Shown: positions 19,912 through 30,684, numbered from the stretch's first letter. The stretch is 31,061 nucleotides of DNA from Paraphysomonas bandaiensis (GCA_965644295.1 CBFFRP010000484.1:1-31061), one strand, 5' to 3'. Numbers and translations are program-made. Notes: generated by a model not told the origin, from the letters alone.

Positions 19912-20802
19912 TTAATCTTCATCAGCAGGACTCTTAATAATTAACATTATAACCGTTTCAGCGTCTCTTATATCTAATCTTCTCATATCTTGGTCGTATA
20001 ATTCTATTGTAAAACTTGAATATAAAGCATCTCTCACTTTAACAAATGACTCTGTTTTTGGTTCTCTATCTATCATACCTCCAAATTCAACACTACCACT
20101 TGTAAATGAATATAATAGTCCATCAGGATTACTAAAGCCGTTTTGAGTAGTCATTGAACAAACGACGTTTATAGAGCTAACAGGCGTCATATTTGGTGTC
20201 TTATCTGATAAAAAAGTTGTGTTTGTGTTTGATGCTGTTGATGGATACGACCCATTAGAATATCCTATTAAGTCTCCAAATGACGAAGAATTTGAAACAA
20301 CTAATTGAGGTGTTGTAGCTGTTGAAGGATAAGACCAAGTCTCTGAACCTTTGACGAAATCTGTTCCTGCTTGAGCTGCTGTCATCATTGCATATACATT
20401 CAGTTGAATTGAATAATAACTTACATTTGAAATGAATTCTATGTGATAAGCAAAATCACCCGTGCTTTGTTGAATTAAGTAATGACCCCTTTTCTCTAGT
20501 TCAGATTGTAAAAACTTATTCAATAATTCAACTGTATAATAGCCGTCTGGAATTGTAATATTTATAGTTGTGTTCAAGTCTCCTGCATTGTCAAACCATA
20601 CATATGAAAACTTATTGTTTCTGAAATAATCTGATATATTAAACCAACTGTAATACATATTGATGCTTTGAATAGCCAATGAACAATCACTTAGTCGTAA
20701 TGATTGATTAAAAGTATATTTGAATACTGAATTCTTTGAACCTGGAACTATATTGTTTTTATTCAATATAATTGTATTGTAGTTATAATTTGTGTCTGAC
20801 AT
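19912..20802 (-). CDS. Minor capsid (penton) protein, 296 aa
   Basis: YYSWFNIS-x4-NNKF, ITIPDGYYTV and C-terminal IELYDQD pattern of Polinton/PLV single jelly-roll pentons. Confidence 0.82.
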   Translation of the reverse strand: MSDTNYNYNTIILNKNNIVPGSKNSVFKYTFNQSLRLSDCSLAIQSINMYYSWFNISDYFRNNKFSYVWFDNAGDLNTTINITIPDGYYTVELLNKFLQSELEKRGHYLIQQSTGDFAYHIEFISNVSYYSIQLNVYAMMTAAQAGTDFVKGSETWSYPSTATTPQLVVSNSSSFGDLIGYSNGSYPSTASNTNTTFLSDKTPNMTPVSSINVVCSMTTQNGFSNPDGLLYSFTSGSVEFGGMIDREPKTESFVKVRDALYSSFTIELYDQDMRRLDIRDAETVIMLIIKSPADED

Positions 20803-20840
20803 TATATAATATTTACTTATATAATAATTTTTATAAATAG

Positions 20841-21299
20841 TTATTCTAAACTATTTAAGATTTCATTTAACTGTTCATCATCTATTCTACCTAGCTTATT
20901 TAGTCTTTTCAATATGTCTATTCCTTCTTTTAATATTTCATTGCTGTTGTCTCCTGCTCGAATACTAGCTTGTAATAGTTCAAATCGCTTTAATAAATCT
21001 TCTTCCGTTAGTTCTGGCTCTTTATATTTCAATTCTGTCTTTGCTCCTGATTGTATCATTATGATGTTAAATAACTTCTTCTCTTCTTCTGTTAATCGTT
21101 TTATCATTTCATAGTTTAGTTCATTTGTGTCTATTAAGTTTAACAACACACTCGCAAACTCTGGGCTTATTGTTCGTGTCTTTATATATCTGCTGAATGG
21201 TGACCCTGTCTCATATAATACCATTAGTTTATTATCTAATAGCTTCATTACATTTATTTGTAGTTTGTAAAACTTCTTGTAGTTCTTTTTAATTGTCAT
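20841..21299 (-). CDS. Conserved Polinton-type protein of unknown function, 152 aa
   Basis: C-terminal RFELLQASIRAGDN...E...L...G.I resembles a motif recalled from Polinton/Maverick ORFs. Confidence 0.65.
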   Translation of the reverse strand: MTIKKNYKKFYKLQINVMKLLDNKLMVLYETGSPFSRYIKTRTISPEFASVLLNLIDTNELNYEMIKRLTEEEKKLFNIIMIQSGAKTELKYKEPELTEEDLLKRFELLQASIRAGDNSNEILKEGIDILKRLNKLGRIDDEQLNEILNSLE

Positions 21300-21348
21300 T
21301 ATTATATAATATACTATTATATTATATTATATTTTATACTATTGAATA

Positions 21349-24300
21349 TTAACCAAATCTAACTCTCATGCTTCCAATCTTTCTGATCTTTAATCCTTTA
21401 CCATCTTTTATAATGTCTTCTTGTGGTTCTTCTTCTATTTCTTCTTCTTCATCTTTTATTTTGTTCTCTTCTTCTTCTCTTCTTATATCATGTATAGTTC
21501 TTGTTATTGATTTTCTCGGTTCTCTTGGCTGTTTTGCTTCTCCTATATCTCTTTCACCTCCTTGTGCTAGTCTATTTCTCACTATGTTATGTACAGTTTT
21601 AAAATTATCACCAGTTACAGTGTTATATACAGGGAGGATTCGAAATAAACGACAGATTTCAGTTTTTTTTTCAAAAATACTTTTTTTGACTTTTTTTCAT
21701 CATTTTATGATTTTGATAGTGAAGTGATCATGATGCCTCCCTCTTAAGACAAGCATCACACACACATCATCCACACCCCTCATACGATGCTCTCACCCCC
21801 ACAATAACAACACACGAGATCAGAGTAAGTTCATGTGACCATATGCATATCTCATAACCCTATATTAGGCTTAACAAGAGGGAAGAGAGAGCACTCATAT
21901 CCATCAGATGATAAACACAGAGATGAGCACACAGCAAGAGGAAGGAGAGACAAGACTCCTGTCTGAACCCTCGGGGACTGAGGAACAGCGATCAGAGTAA
22001 TTTATTCGATCTGGAGAGGGGCCGAAAGGCTCTGTGCAGTCAGCATATTCAGACTGCTTCGACGGTCTCTGTTCACATCAGCACAGAGCAGCACACATAC
22101 GCAGCTGATATGACTGCGAATGAGATCTGCCATCAGATATCTGTCTATTCATTTATTGGGTATCCCTCTAATAGCGTTTTGGTGTGAGTTTGATATCATC
22201 GGAGGTGTTATGTCGAGGTAACGGCGTTGCATAGATTTTGACTATGCCTTGTAATATACGTTGAATACAGACGTAATATCACTCCTGTTTCAAGAACCAT
22301 TGTGTCAACCACATGAAAACGAACTGTGGAGGGGTGGATGGAAGTTGGTATGCAGAAGAAGCTCTCAAGGCGAGGGAGAACAAGTTATCTGCAGGATTAA
22401 CGGAAGCGGTAGGAAGTGCCTATATCATGCCTTCGCTCTGGGTCTCTGTGACAACAGAGACCACAGAACTTGTCAATGAGTGACAGCAGGCTAACGAGTT
22501 GGTCCTGGAGTTAATATCTTAGTCTTGTGTTGTCCGCTTTCGCCTCAACAATAAAGTCATTGACACTCATAGGCACCATAGCCGATGAGTGGGAGGAGAG
22601 ACCCCGAAGTAGTGAAGTATAAAGGCTCAGTGCTGTCAGTCTATCAATTCGTTGAGCTGCATCAGAGAGGGCTACTGTTCCCACAGCAAAGAACTTCGCT
22701 CCTTTCACCTCTATTTTTCGATATGACACTGAAGTTTTACCTATATAAGATGATAACGGTGATAAAGGTATATTTGCTCTGTAGCAACGACGGTACAAGT
22801 GCTAATGAAGTTGTACCGCAGGAGTGAGATTGGTGCTTTTGTGAAGAACCCTAATATCAGCTAGGTTGTTGTACAGTTCACTTACAGCGGCAGAGGGATG
22901 TATGAGGTTCAGAGGTCGATAATGACGGTGTTCGAACAATCCTGCAGTACCAGTTGCGATAATATATGAAGGTAATATATATACATAATTATTCATGTTG
23001 TTATTCCTCATTTATTTCTATGCAATCAGGAGTTGACAGACACTGGTGCAGTATATTCTGCATCTATTTTTACTGGAAAACGTGACAGAAGTCGGTTGAT
23101 TGTCGATTGTAAGTACTTTAATTAGTCAATAACACCTTTGTATTGTATAGCACTATAGTGCACATATATTATGTATAATGTAACCGTTTCATTCAACATT
23201 TTTTGATCTGTAATTGATAAAATTTTATTAAATGTCATTGCAAACATGTTCTCTTTACATCTACTACACTAATTATTGCAATGCGTATCATAAACTCAAC
23301 TTAAATCGACTTTTTCGATATTTCAACAGGTTTGGCGGTTACATCGACTTATGACCATCTAATCGTTCTTCATTTATGAGGAATGGCTACCAGAAGATGA
23401 AATAGAGTCCAGTAGTGGTAGTGGGATCAGTACCAGAAGAAGGAATTGTAAGGGGGCAGTATAAAGGTCTGTGTGATGCTTGTATCTATATACCTGTCTG
23501 TGAGTATAGCATATATTTGACGTAATTTTTGGTGATATGTAGAAATCGGAGAAAATTCAAATAAGCAACGGGAAGTCGGATCAAGATAGCTTTTTTAGCA
23601 CTTTACACAGGTGCAATATCATTTTTATCATTTTCATTCAATTTTCTTGAAATTTTTTTATATCGGGAATACATATATCTGATATTGGCTTAGTTGTACT
23701 TATATATATCTATTTACGCGATATATGTATCGAAAGATATAAATATTACCGCAGAATAGTCACTGTTATGTCATTGTGTTTTGTTTGCGCTGTGGATGAC
23801 GTTTTAATTCGATTATTTCGTATAGATATGCTATTTTCAAAATTGTGTCATTTCTCTATTCGATATATATATATTGTAAAAATCATGATTTTTTTGGGTA
23901 ATTTATGTATAACTTTACAAGTAAATTAGAATAAGCAACGCCCATGTATTTCAAGATAGCATTTTATATTAGTGTTCATATGAATCAATCTAGAGCATCT
24001 AGCTAGCTAACTAGCTTAACTTAGCATAGCATTCATCGGACTGTCGTTTATTTCGAATCCTCCCTGTATGGTCTTTTTTCGGACAGTTGACGCTCCTCTT
24101 CCTGTCTCTGTGAAGAGTTTTCTAACTCCGTTATAATCATCTTTGTCTTGTTTACTCGCTTTTTCTTTACTCGTTTTATAATCTTCTTCTTTTCCTAGTC
24201 TTAAAATGCTTGTTAATCGTTGCATTTTTCTGTTAACATCTTCCAATTCTTCCATACTCATATTATTTACCCTACCAATTGCTCTTTGTGTTTCTTCATT

Positions 24301-25146
24301 ATATTCTTCTTTCTCTTCTTTCATCTCATTCTCTTCTTTTTCTTCTTCATCATATTCTTCTTTATCTTCCTTCATCTCATTCACTTCTTTTTCTTCATCA
24401 TCATCATGATTAATTCTATTACTTTTTTCAATATCACTCACAAGATCTTCTAAGACTTCTTTTGTTATTTTTTGAATCTCTGGAACTACTGTGTCTTCAT
24501 CAATATTGTCATTAAAATCAGGTAAATCTGACATTTCATAAGCTTGTTTCACTTTGCTTTCTCCATACTTCTTAATCAATGATTCTAAAGTTAGTTGCAA
24601 TGCTTCAAGTCTATCATTTAAATCATTTTTAGTTTCGTTTGATATACCCGCTATATTATTTAATTGTCGTATTACTGCATCAACTTCTTGCTCTGATGAT
24701 AGAAGATTTCTTATTCCTGATGTGTTCTTTTGATTTTCAAGATATCTATATACAAAGTCATACATTTCTTGCGCTCTCATTTTACCAACCTTGCTAGATA
24801 AATAAGAAAACATACCTAAAAAATACTTGTTAAAGTCAATAAAGTTTTTATATCTACTATTCTTTAATTTTTTCAAAAAGTCTTGTGCCTCTTTACCATC
24901 ATTTTTAAACAACTTCAAAGCGTTCTTTTGTGCTGTCTGTGATTGTAATACTTTATCTTCTTCTTTTTCTGCTAGTGTTCTATTATCTCTTACTTCTGGT
25001 GTGATACCTTGTTTTAAGTGTTGTTGCTCTTCTGATATATTCTTACTAATGTCTGATAATATCTTTAAGTCGTTTAGTTCCTTTTGTCTAAAATATCTTT
25101 CTCTTTCCTCTGGACTTAATCTTCTTATTTCAAAACTTGATAACAT
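21349..25146 (-). pseudogene. 452-aa acidic/coiled-coil viral protein gene split by a TIR transposon; pieces 25146-24067 and 21627-21349
   Basis: Removing 21630-24066 plus one TA gives ...STVRKKTI-YNTVTGDNFKTVHNIVRNRLAQGG..., joining ORFs 24016..25146 and 21349..21582 in frame. Confidence 0.9.
21630..24066. mobile_element. Non-autonomous Tc1/mariner-type DNA transposon, 2437 bp
   Basis: Perfect 26-bp TIR CAGGGAGGATTCGAAATAAACGACAG (21630-21655 and 24041-24066), with TA on both sides. No transposase ORF recognised. Confidence 0.9.
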
Positions 25147-25177
25147 GTTTTTATATATATAATAACAACATATTTTT

Positions 25178-25876
25178 TTATAATTTAAATGCTTCTATAT
25201 TTAATATTTCATTGAAGTTCTTTCTGAATGCTCTTTCACTTGGTGCTTCTAAATCTATTAATAAAAAGTTCGTTATGTTCTCATCTATACAATAATTATA
25301 CATGTTTAATAATTGCTCAATGCTTCCGTTTAAAGCGTGATTTCTCATTAAGTAAGTTATATCTCTTTTTCCACTTATCTTCTTCATTATTAAATAATTT
25401 AATTGCTCTCTAACTAGTGTTGGAACTTTTGCATATTTCTGAGTCAAATACATTAATGAAACACCAATTTTACGACCTCTTAAGAACAATTCGCCTATTA
25501 CATCTTGATTCTTTTCATTCACTAAGTCATCAAATATTATTAATGTTTGACCGAAATATTCTTCATCAAGATTCACTTTTCTTAAATGCTCTAGTCCTTC
25601 ATGCATTTCTAATAAGTCATCATCATCTAATTTACTTTCTAAGAATTCATATAAAGGCTCTTTCTTGTTTCTTGTATACAAGATAATCTTGTGAAACGTA
25701 TTATTCATGATACGAATCATATTCAAAACTATATTTGATTTACCCGCTCCAGATGCTCCAACGATTAACATTCTGAAAGGAACTTTTATTCCATGTTTTC
25801 CATAGTTAGGATTAATAGATTCTGTTTGAAAGGCTTTCACTTCGTCTAATTCATAAAAATTCACTATATCAACCAT
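25178..25876 (-). CDS. A32/FtsK-HerA family DNA packaging ATPase
   Basis: Walker A GASGAGKS, Walker B LIIFDD, and RGRK...YLTQ. Likely start MVDIVNFY at 25876. Confidence 0.95.
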   Translation of the reverse strand: MVDIVNFYELDEVKAFQTESINPNYGKHGIKVPFRMLIVGASGAGKSNIVLNMIRIMNNTFHKIILYTRNKKEPLYEFLESKLDDDDLLEMHEGLEHLRKVNLDEEYFGQTLIIFDDLVNEKNQDVIGELFLRGRKIGVSLMYLTQKYAKVPTLVREQLNYLIMKKISGKRDITYLMRNHALNGSIEQLLNMYNYCIDENITNFLLIDLEAPSERAFRKNFNEILNIEAFKL

Positions 25877-26859
25877 CTTATACTGTATATATAACATTGT
25901 TTAGAAAAATATATTCATTCTTTTTATATTTGTATGATTTCTATTGTTGATTTTAAAGTGGTATCACTACTTGCACCATCAAAATCAAAATCAGAATCAA
26001 ATGATAAAGTATATGTTGATAATTCATCTACAGTTATATAGAAAGAAATTTCACCTGTTATATATTCAATAGAACCTCGATTAGCTTTCCAATGTTGTCC
26101 AGATTTTCTTGACTTTTTATGTAAAACACCATTCTTATATAATTCGATATGAGTAAAAAAATGGTTAATAGATTCAAGTGTTCCAAGTTCATATTGATGT
26201 ATAATCAAAAATCTACCTAACTTTTTAATATAACCGAAGCTATCAAAAAAGTCATCTAGATCTGGTGTGTATGGCGCTAAAACATTATATTCACTCGTAT
26301 ATGATATATTAACGCTTGATGCATATAACACACCAGAACCAACTGAAACAATTCCTGAAACATTACCATTAGTGATATTGGTTGAATTATAACCTATCAT
26401 TTCACCTTTATTAAATTCATATAATTTTGATATACTACCTAATCCATGTCCTAAGGCGTCCAATTGATTTTGAATATTTGATGAAACATTATTTAGTTTG
26501 TTTAATTCGTCGTTTGTTATTAATCCATCTCCTATTAAACTACAACTTATTCTATTTCCTGATGTTATCAAATCTTGTTTTTCTGTTTCATAGTTATCAT
26601 ATGTCGTTTTTAAATTATTTGTAAAAAAAGTCGAGGTAATACCAAAACCTGGGTTTTGATGTAAAACCTGGTGAAATTTTTGGTGATAGTCGGAAAAGGG
26701 TATAACTATGCACAATAAGTAACTATGAAGTTAATAACAGTGTGAAGAGTATTATTTATAATATTTTTTACTAATTTCTTCCATATTACTTCAGTTTTAC
26801 AGCAATAAAAGTCACCGACTACACATATATATTACATACAGTTCACAAGTATGAACTAT

Positions 26860-27247
26860 AACCATCTCACTAAACACCACTACACCATCTCAGAATACAC
26901 CCACATACCATCTCACTATACACCCATATACCATCTCACTATACACCCATACCATATTACTATGCATCACTATACCATCCCACTATATTATACCACTATA
27001 CCATCTACTGTATGCCACTATACCACCTAACTATACATCACTACACTATCTCACTATACACCCATATACCATCTCACTATACACCCATATACCATCTCAC
27101 TATACACCCATACCATATTACTATGCATCACTATACCATCCCACTATATTATACCACTATACCATCTACTGTATACCACTATACCACCTAACTATACATC
27201 ACTACACTATCTCACTATACACCCATATACCATTTCACTATACACCT
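26860..27247. repeat. Low-complexity minisatellite (CACTATAC/CCATATAC) with a 161-bp higher-order duplication
   Basis: CCATATTACTATGCATCAC occurs at 26952 and 27113, among many CCATCTCACTATACAC units. Confidence 0.9.
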
Positions 27248-27660
27248 ACGTATGGGACAAATCATACGCGATGGGCAGAAACCAAGCCAAAGGAAAAACC
27301 GGGCCTGATCACATAACAACGGCCTCAGCATGCGCAGACTGTGCACTCCCAATCGACAACATGGCACACATGCTTCTCACCTGCACACACCCCGACCTCA
27401 CTCACATACGTGAAGATGTTCACCAAGCACACCACAAGTTCGACAAACTTCGCACACGCACGCTCCCCCATCCCTGGTTCCACACCGCCATAATCAAACT
27501 AGCAAAAGCCGCATGGAATCCACACACACCCCAGGCTGAGCGCTACTGGACCGGCCACATTACTGCCACACAATTGACCGACGCATTCGGACGCCACATA
27601 TCCAGCTCACTGCTCGAACATCAGTTCCACGTTCTCGAAAAATCCGTAACCTCTATCCTT
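27248..27660 (+). mobile_element. Internal LINE fragment (copy C), same family as 1-2952
   Basis: Aligns to ~322-729. The frame holds an intact CADC-x8-H-x4-C knuckle. Confidence 0.85.
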
Positions 27661-28226
27661 ACTATGTGCTGAGCGCTTCTTACTATGTGGTTCAGAGTTG
27701 CAGGCTTATAACTGCCTTCCAGGAAGGTCTTCATGACAGTGTTTGGTCACGAGGCTGTAGCACTGAGCCTCATACAGTGGATTGAGGAGAGTGGACTCGT
27801 GTAGAGAGGTCCAACAAGTACAAGCAGACGAAACATTATAACATCGTTTGATTGTGCACGTTAGAACACTTCCTATTCCCCCTGCTTTGAGCCCACCTGA
27901 ACATTGAACCCATCATACTACACCGCAACCACACTGCACGAGCAGTGCTTACAACACGCACATCATGACAATAATATATATATATGCATAACTTAACACA
28001 CCATACACATACATACATATAGAGTGATGCATGTATCTTCTGAGTTAGTATCTTCTGATGTTAATATGGTGACATTGTTGATGACAGTGAGGAGTGCTCA
28101 GGAGGTGTGGTTTATCGGATGAGGTGTTCATTGTTGTGTGGATCACACCTCCTGAGCACACAGACAGACAGACACACACGTACACATACATCAGATTGCT
28201 GCAGAGCTGATACCACTCTCAGACAT

Positions 28227-28725
28227 GGCGACATATCCAACGACGACCCGGAGGCGGAGGAAGAGATACCACGAAAGTGCACGAGCAGGGTAAGCAATAC
28301 TGTTCATAAAGATGGTGACGGGGTCGTATGTCGTATATATGCGGTATTGTTCTGATTATTGTTGTGCGTTGTATACCACGAAAGTGCACGAGCAGGGTAA
28401 GCAATACTGTTCATAAAGATGGTGACGGGGTCGTATGTCGTATATATGCGGTATTGTTTTGATTATTGTTGTGCGTTGTTACTATACACTGCACTAACTG
28501 TGTACATATGATGGTGTAGGAGAAGTGCAACGGGAAGAAGAATGTTGTCAACATTCGTGGCGACACATCCAACGACGACCCGGAGGCGGAGGAAGAGATA
28601 CCACGAAAGCGCACGAGCAGGGTAAGTAATACTGTTCATAAAGATGGTGACGGGGTCGTATGTCGTATATATGCGGTATTGTTCTGATTATTGTTGTGCG
28701 TTGTTACTATACACTGTACTAACTG
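28227..28725. repeat. Three diverged direct repeats of ~130-170 bp
   Basis: ATACCACGAAAG(T/C)GCACGAGCAGGGTAAG...TTGTTGTGCGTTGT occurs at ~28267, 28373 and 28598. Confidence 0.9.
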
Positions 28726-29533
28726 CTTATGATCCTTCACCTGCTTATGATCCTCCACCTACTAGCAATGTGCCCCCAGCGGCTGTTGCCGCGTCGTTTC
28801 CGAGCATAGGTACTAATACTACTGTAAGTAGTAGTGGTAAAGATGGCTATATGCGTATGCAATGTATCCGAAATCAGGCTATTCGGTTGGAGCGTTTGCA
28901 GTCTCAAGCGAAGCAGATGTAGCTATATGAGAATATGATATTACAAAACACAAGTAATAATAGCAGGGCCAACTTTTAACGCAATAAATACTGCTAATAA
29001 CAACTATACTTGCGACTTTTTCTTTATCTTTAACCTCTCAGATACAAATTACAGTAAAATAATAACTCAATACTTATATATGAAACCTGGTGAAATTGCT
29101 TTACCAGGTTTTGGTATTACCTCGACTTAAAGGCTACTGTTTGTTCACTTGAATCTGGAAATATTATTTTTGTTACTTCTACACTTCCAGAGATTGACGT
29201 ATTCGTTCCATCATATGATAGATTAGTTGTCTTTGTTTTACTAGTTTCAATATCTGTCTTCAAATCATTTGTCATAGCTGTTGTTTGTATTGAATTGTCA
29301 TTGAATAATACTTGTCCATCTCCATATAAATTTAATGATGGTGTTACAAGTGTCCCGCTCATTACATCTCCGCTCTTTTGAATATATCCTGTTAAGTCAA
29401 CGTCAACAATGCTATCTTTTATATATGTGTAATTTGAAGGGTTGAATACTCCGTTTGATGGTTTCGGCTTTGGGTAAATACTCATTATATAATAATACAG
29501 TATATAATTATTTATAACATATATATATATACA

Positions 29534-30331
29534 ATGTCATTAACTTCTATTATCAACATTGCTAATTACATTAACAAATATAATGTCGTTCAAGGTAACA
29601 CAAACACACAATACCAGACAAATGTCACTTTTCCCACATCGTTTGCAGGTCTTCCAACTGCTTTTAATGGTCAAGATGTTTTTGATACTCATATTACTAA
29701 GTCTTATTCTGGTGGAAGTGGTTCAACTGCTTACGCTAATGGAAATTATAACTTAATTTGTTCATCATATGGTAAATATACTGGAGCCGATCCTTTGAAT
29801 TCATGCAATTTATTATTTGATGATAGTGATGAGACATTCTGGGGTAATAACAGATATAACAGCGGCCCCAACGGTATTGACAATTACAGAGATGGCGTTT
29901 TTCATGCTATGCCTTCTGGTGAAGCTTATGATGGCACAACAGGTAATTACATTGGTAGTAATGGAACAGATCATTATTTTTCAACTACATATGATACATC
30001 ACAATCAATAGATGGTGAATGGGTCCAAGTTCAATTACCTTATAAAATTCGTTTAACATCTATATCAACTCAAGAAAGAGATACAGGACAAGAGAGAACA
30101 ATGAAAGCATGCTATATATTAGGTTCTGATGATGGCACAACTTGGAATTATATTGATGATGTAGCATTTCCAGGAACACAAGATTCAACTTTGTTCACTG
30201 AAGCAGTTACAACAACTAAAAGATATTCAATTATAAGAATTGTTATTGCCTCAGCAGGTTATATTATGTTCAATACTATCAATTTTAGATTGACAGGTGA
30301 TACATGGAGTTTAGATTCAACAACAGAATGA
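29534..30331 (+). CDS. Discoidin/F5-8 type C (galactose-binding-like) domain protein, 265 aa
   Basis: GEWVQVQLP, YILGSDDGTTW and YSIIRIVI pattern; TATATA upstream. Confidence 0.75.
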   Translation: MSLTSIINIANYINKYNVVQGNTNTQYQTNVTFPTSFAGLPTAFNGQDVFDTHITKSYSGGSGSTAYANGNYNLICSSYGKYTGADPLNSCNLLFDDSDETFWGNNRYNSGPNGIDNYRDGVFHAMPSGEAYDGTTGNYIGSNGTDHYFSTTYDTSQSIDGEWVQVQLPYKIRLTSISTQERDTGQERTMKACYILGSDDGTTWNYIDDVAFPGTQDSTLFTEAVTTTKRYSIIRIVIASAGYIMFNTINFRLTGDTWSLDSTTE

Positions 30332-30443
30332 TAAGTTTAAGCATTTCTTTATCATACTTTAAAGAAAGGAGCCGATTTTTTAAAACTATTTTATATATTG
30401 TTTGTTGCGTGTAGTTTGTTTAATCTTCTTTTCATTTCCTTTA

Positions 30444-30680
30444 CAACACCAACATCAACATCATCACCATTACTATACCATCACCACTACTACACCATCA
30501 CCACTACTACACCATCATCAACACCATCATCAACACCATCATCAACACCATCATCAACACCATCACCATTACTACACCATTACCATTTGTGTTACTACAC
30601 CATCACCATTACTACACCATCACCATTACTACACCATCACCATTACTACACCATTACCATTTGTGTTACTACACCATTAC
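30444..30680. repeat. CAC/CAT/TAC-based degenerate tandem repeat
   Basis: ACACCATCATCA and ACACCATCACCATTACT units. Confidence 0.9.
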
Positions 30681-30684
30681 AACT

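Larger units (their letters stand above)
26628..29128. mobile_element. Non-autonomous TIR DNA transposon (~2.5 kb), superfamily unclear
   Basis: Perfect 25-bp TIR AAGTCGAGGTAATACCAAAACCTGG (26628-26652 and 29104-29128) in an A-tract. Subterminal AAACCTGGTGAAATT at 26664 and 29083. Confidence 0.88.
25924..29485 (-). pseudogene. Second fibre-like gene (~351 aa) split by a TIR element; pieces 29485-29129 and 26622-25924
   Basis: The joined reading EQTVAF-TNNLKT matches its own repeat IQTTAMTNDLKT and QTVAFTD in the 5813 paralog. Also has MSIYPKPK..FN and KSGDVMSG motifs. Confidence 0.85.
3230..30331. mobile_element. Endogenous Polinton-like / MELD-type (or virophage-like) virus; boundaries unresolved
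   Basis: Compact AT-rich gene cluster with rve integrase, packaging ATPase, cysteine protease, putative major and minor capsid proteins and lipase. Short intergenic spacers share a TATATA motif before the ATG. Confidence 0.92.

Noticed and set aside
26623-26715. N-terminus MCIVIPF... of ORF 25924..26715
   Set aside because: It derives from the inserted TIR element; the real start is 29485.
28644-28922. 92-aa ORF as a real gene
   Set aside because: It begins inside a repeat unit and has no recognisable motif.
21630-29128. Autonomous transposases within the two TIR elements
   Set aside because: No ORF with DDE or HTH motifs was recognised. A heavily spliced or decayed gene cannot be excluded by eye.
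3230-30331. Bacterial prophage or integrative element
   Set aside because: Copia and LINE elements, spliceosomal introns, adenain protease and the lack of Shine-Dalgarno-type starts point to a eukaryotic host.
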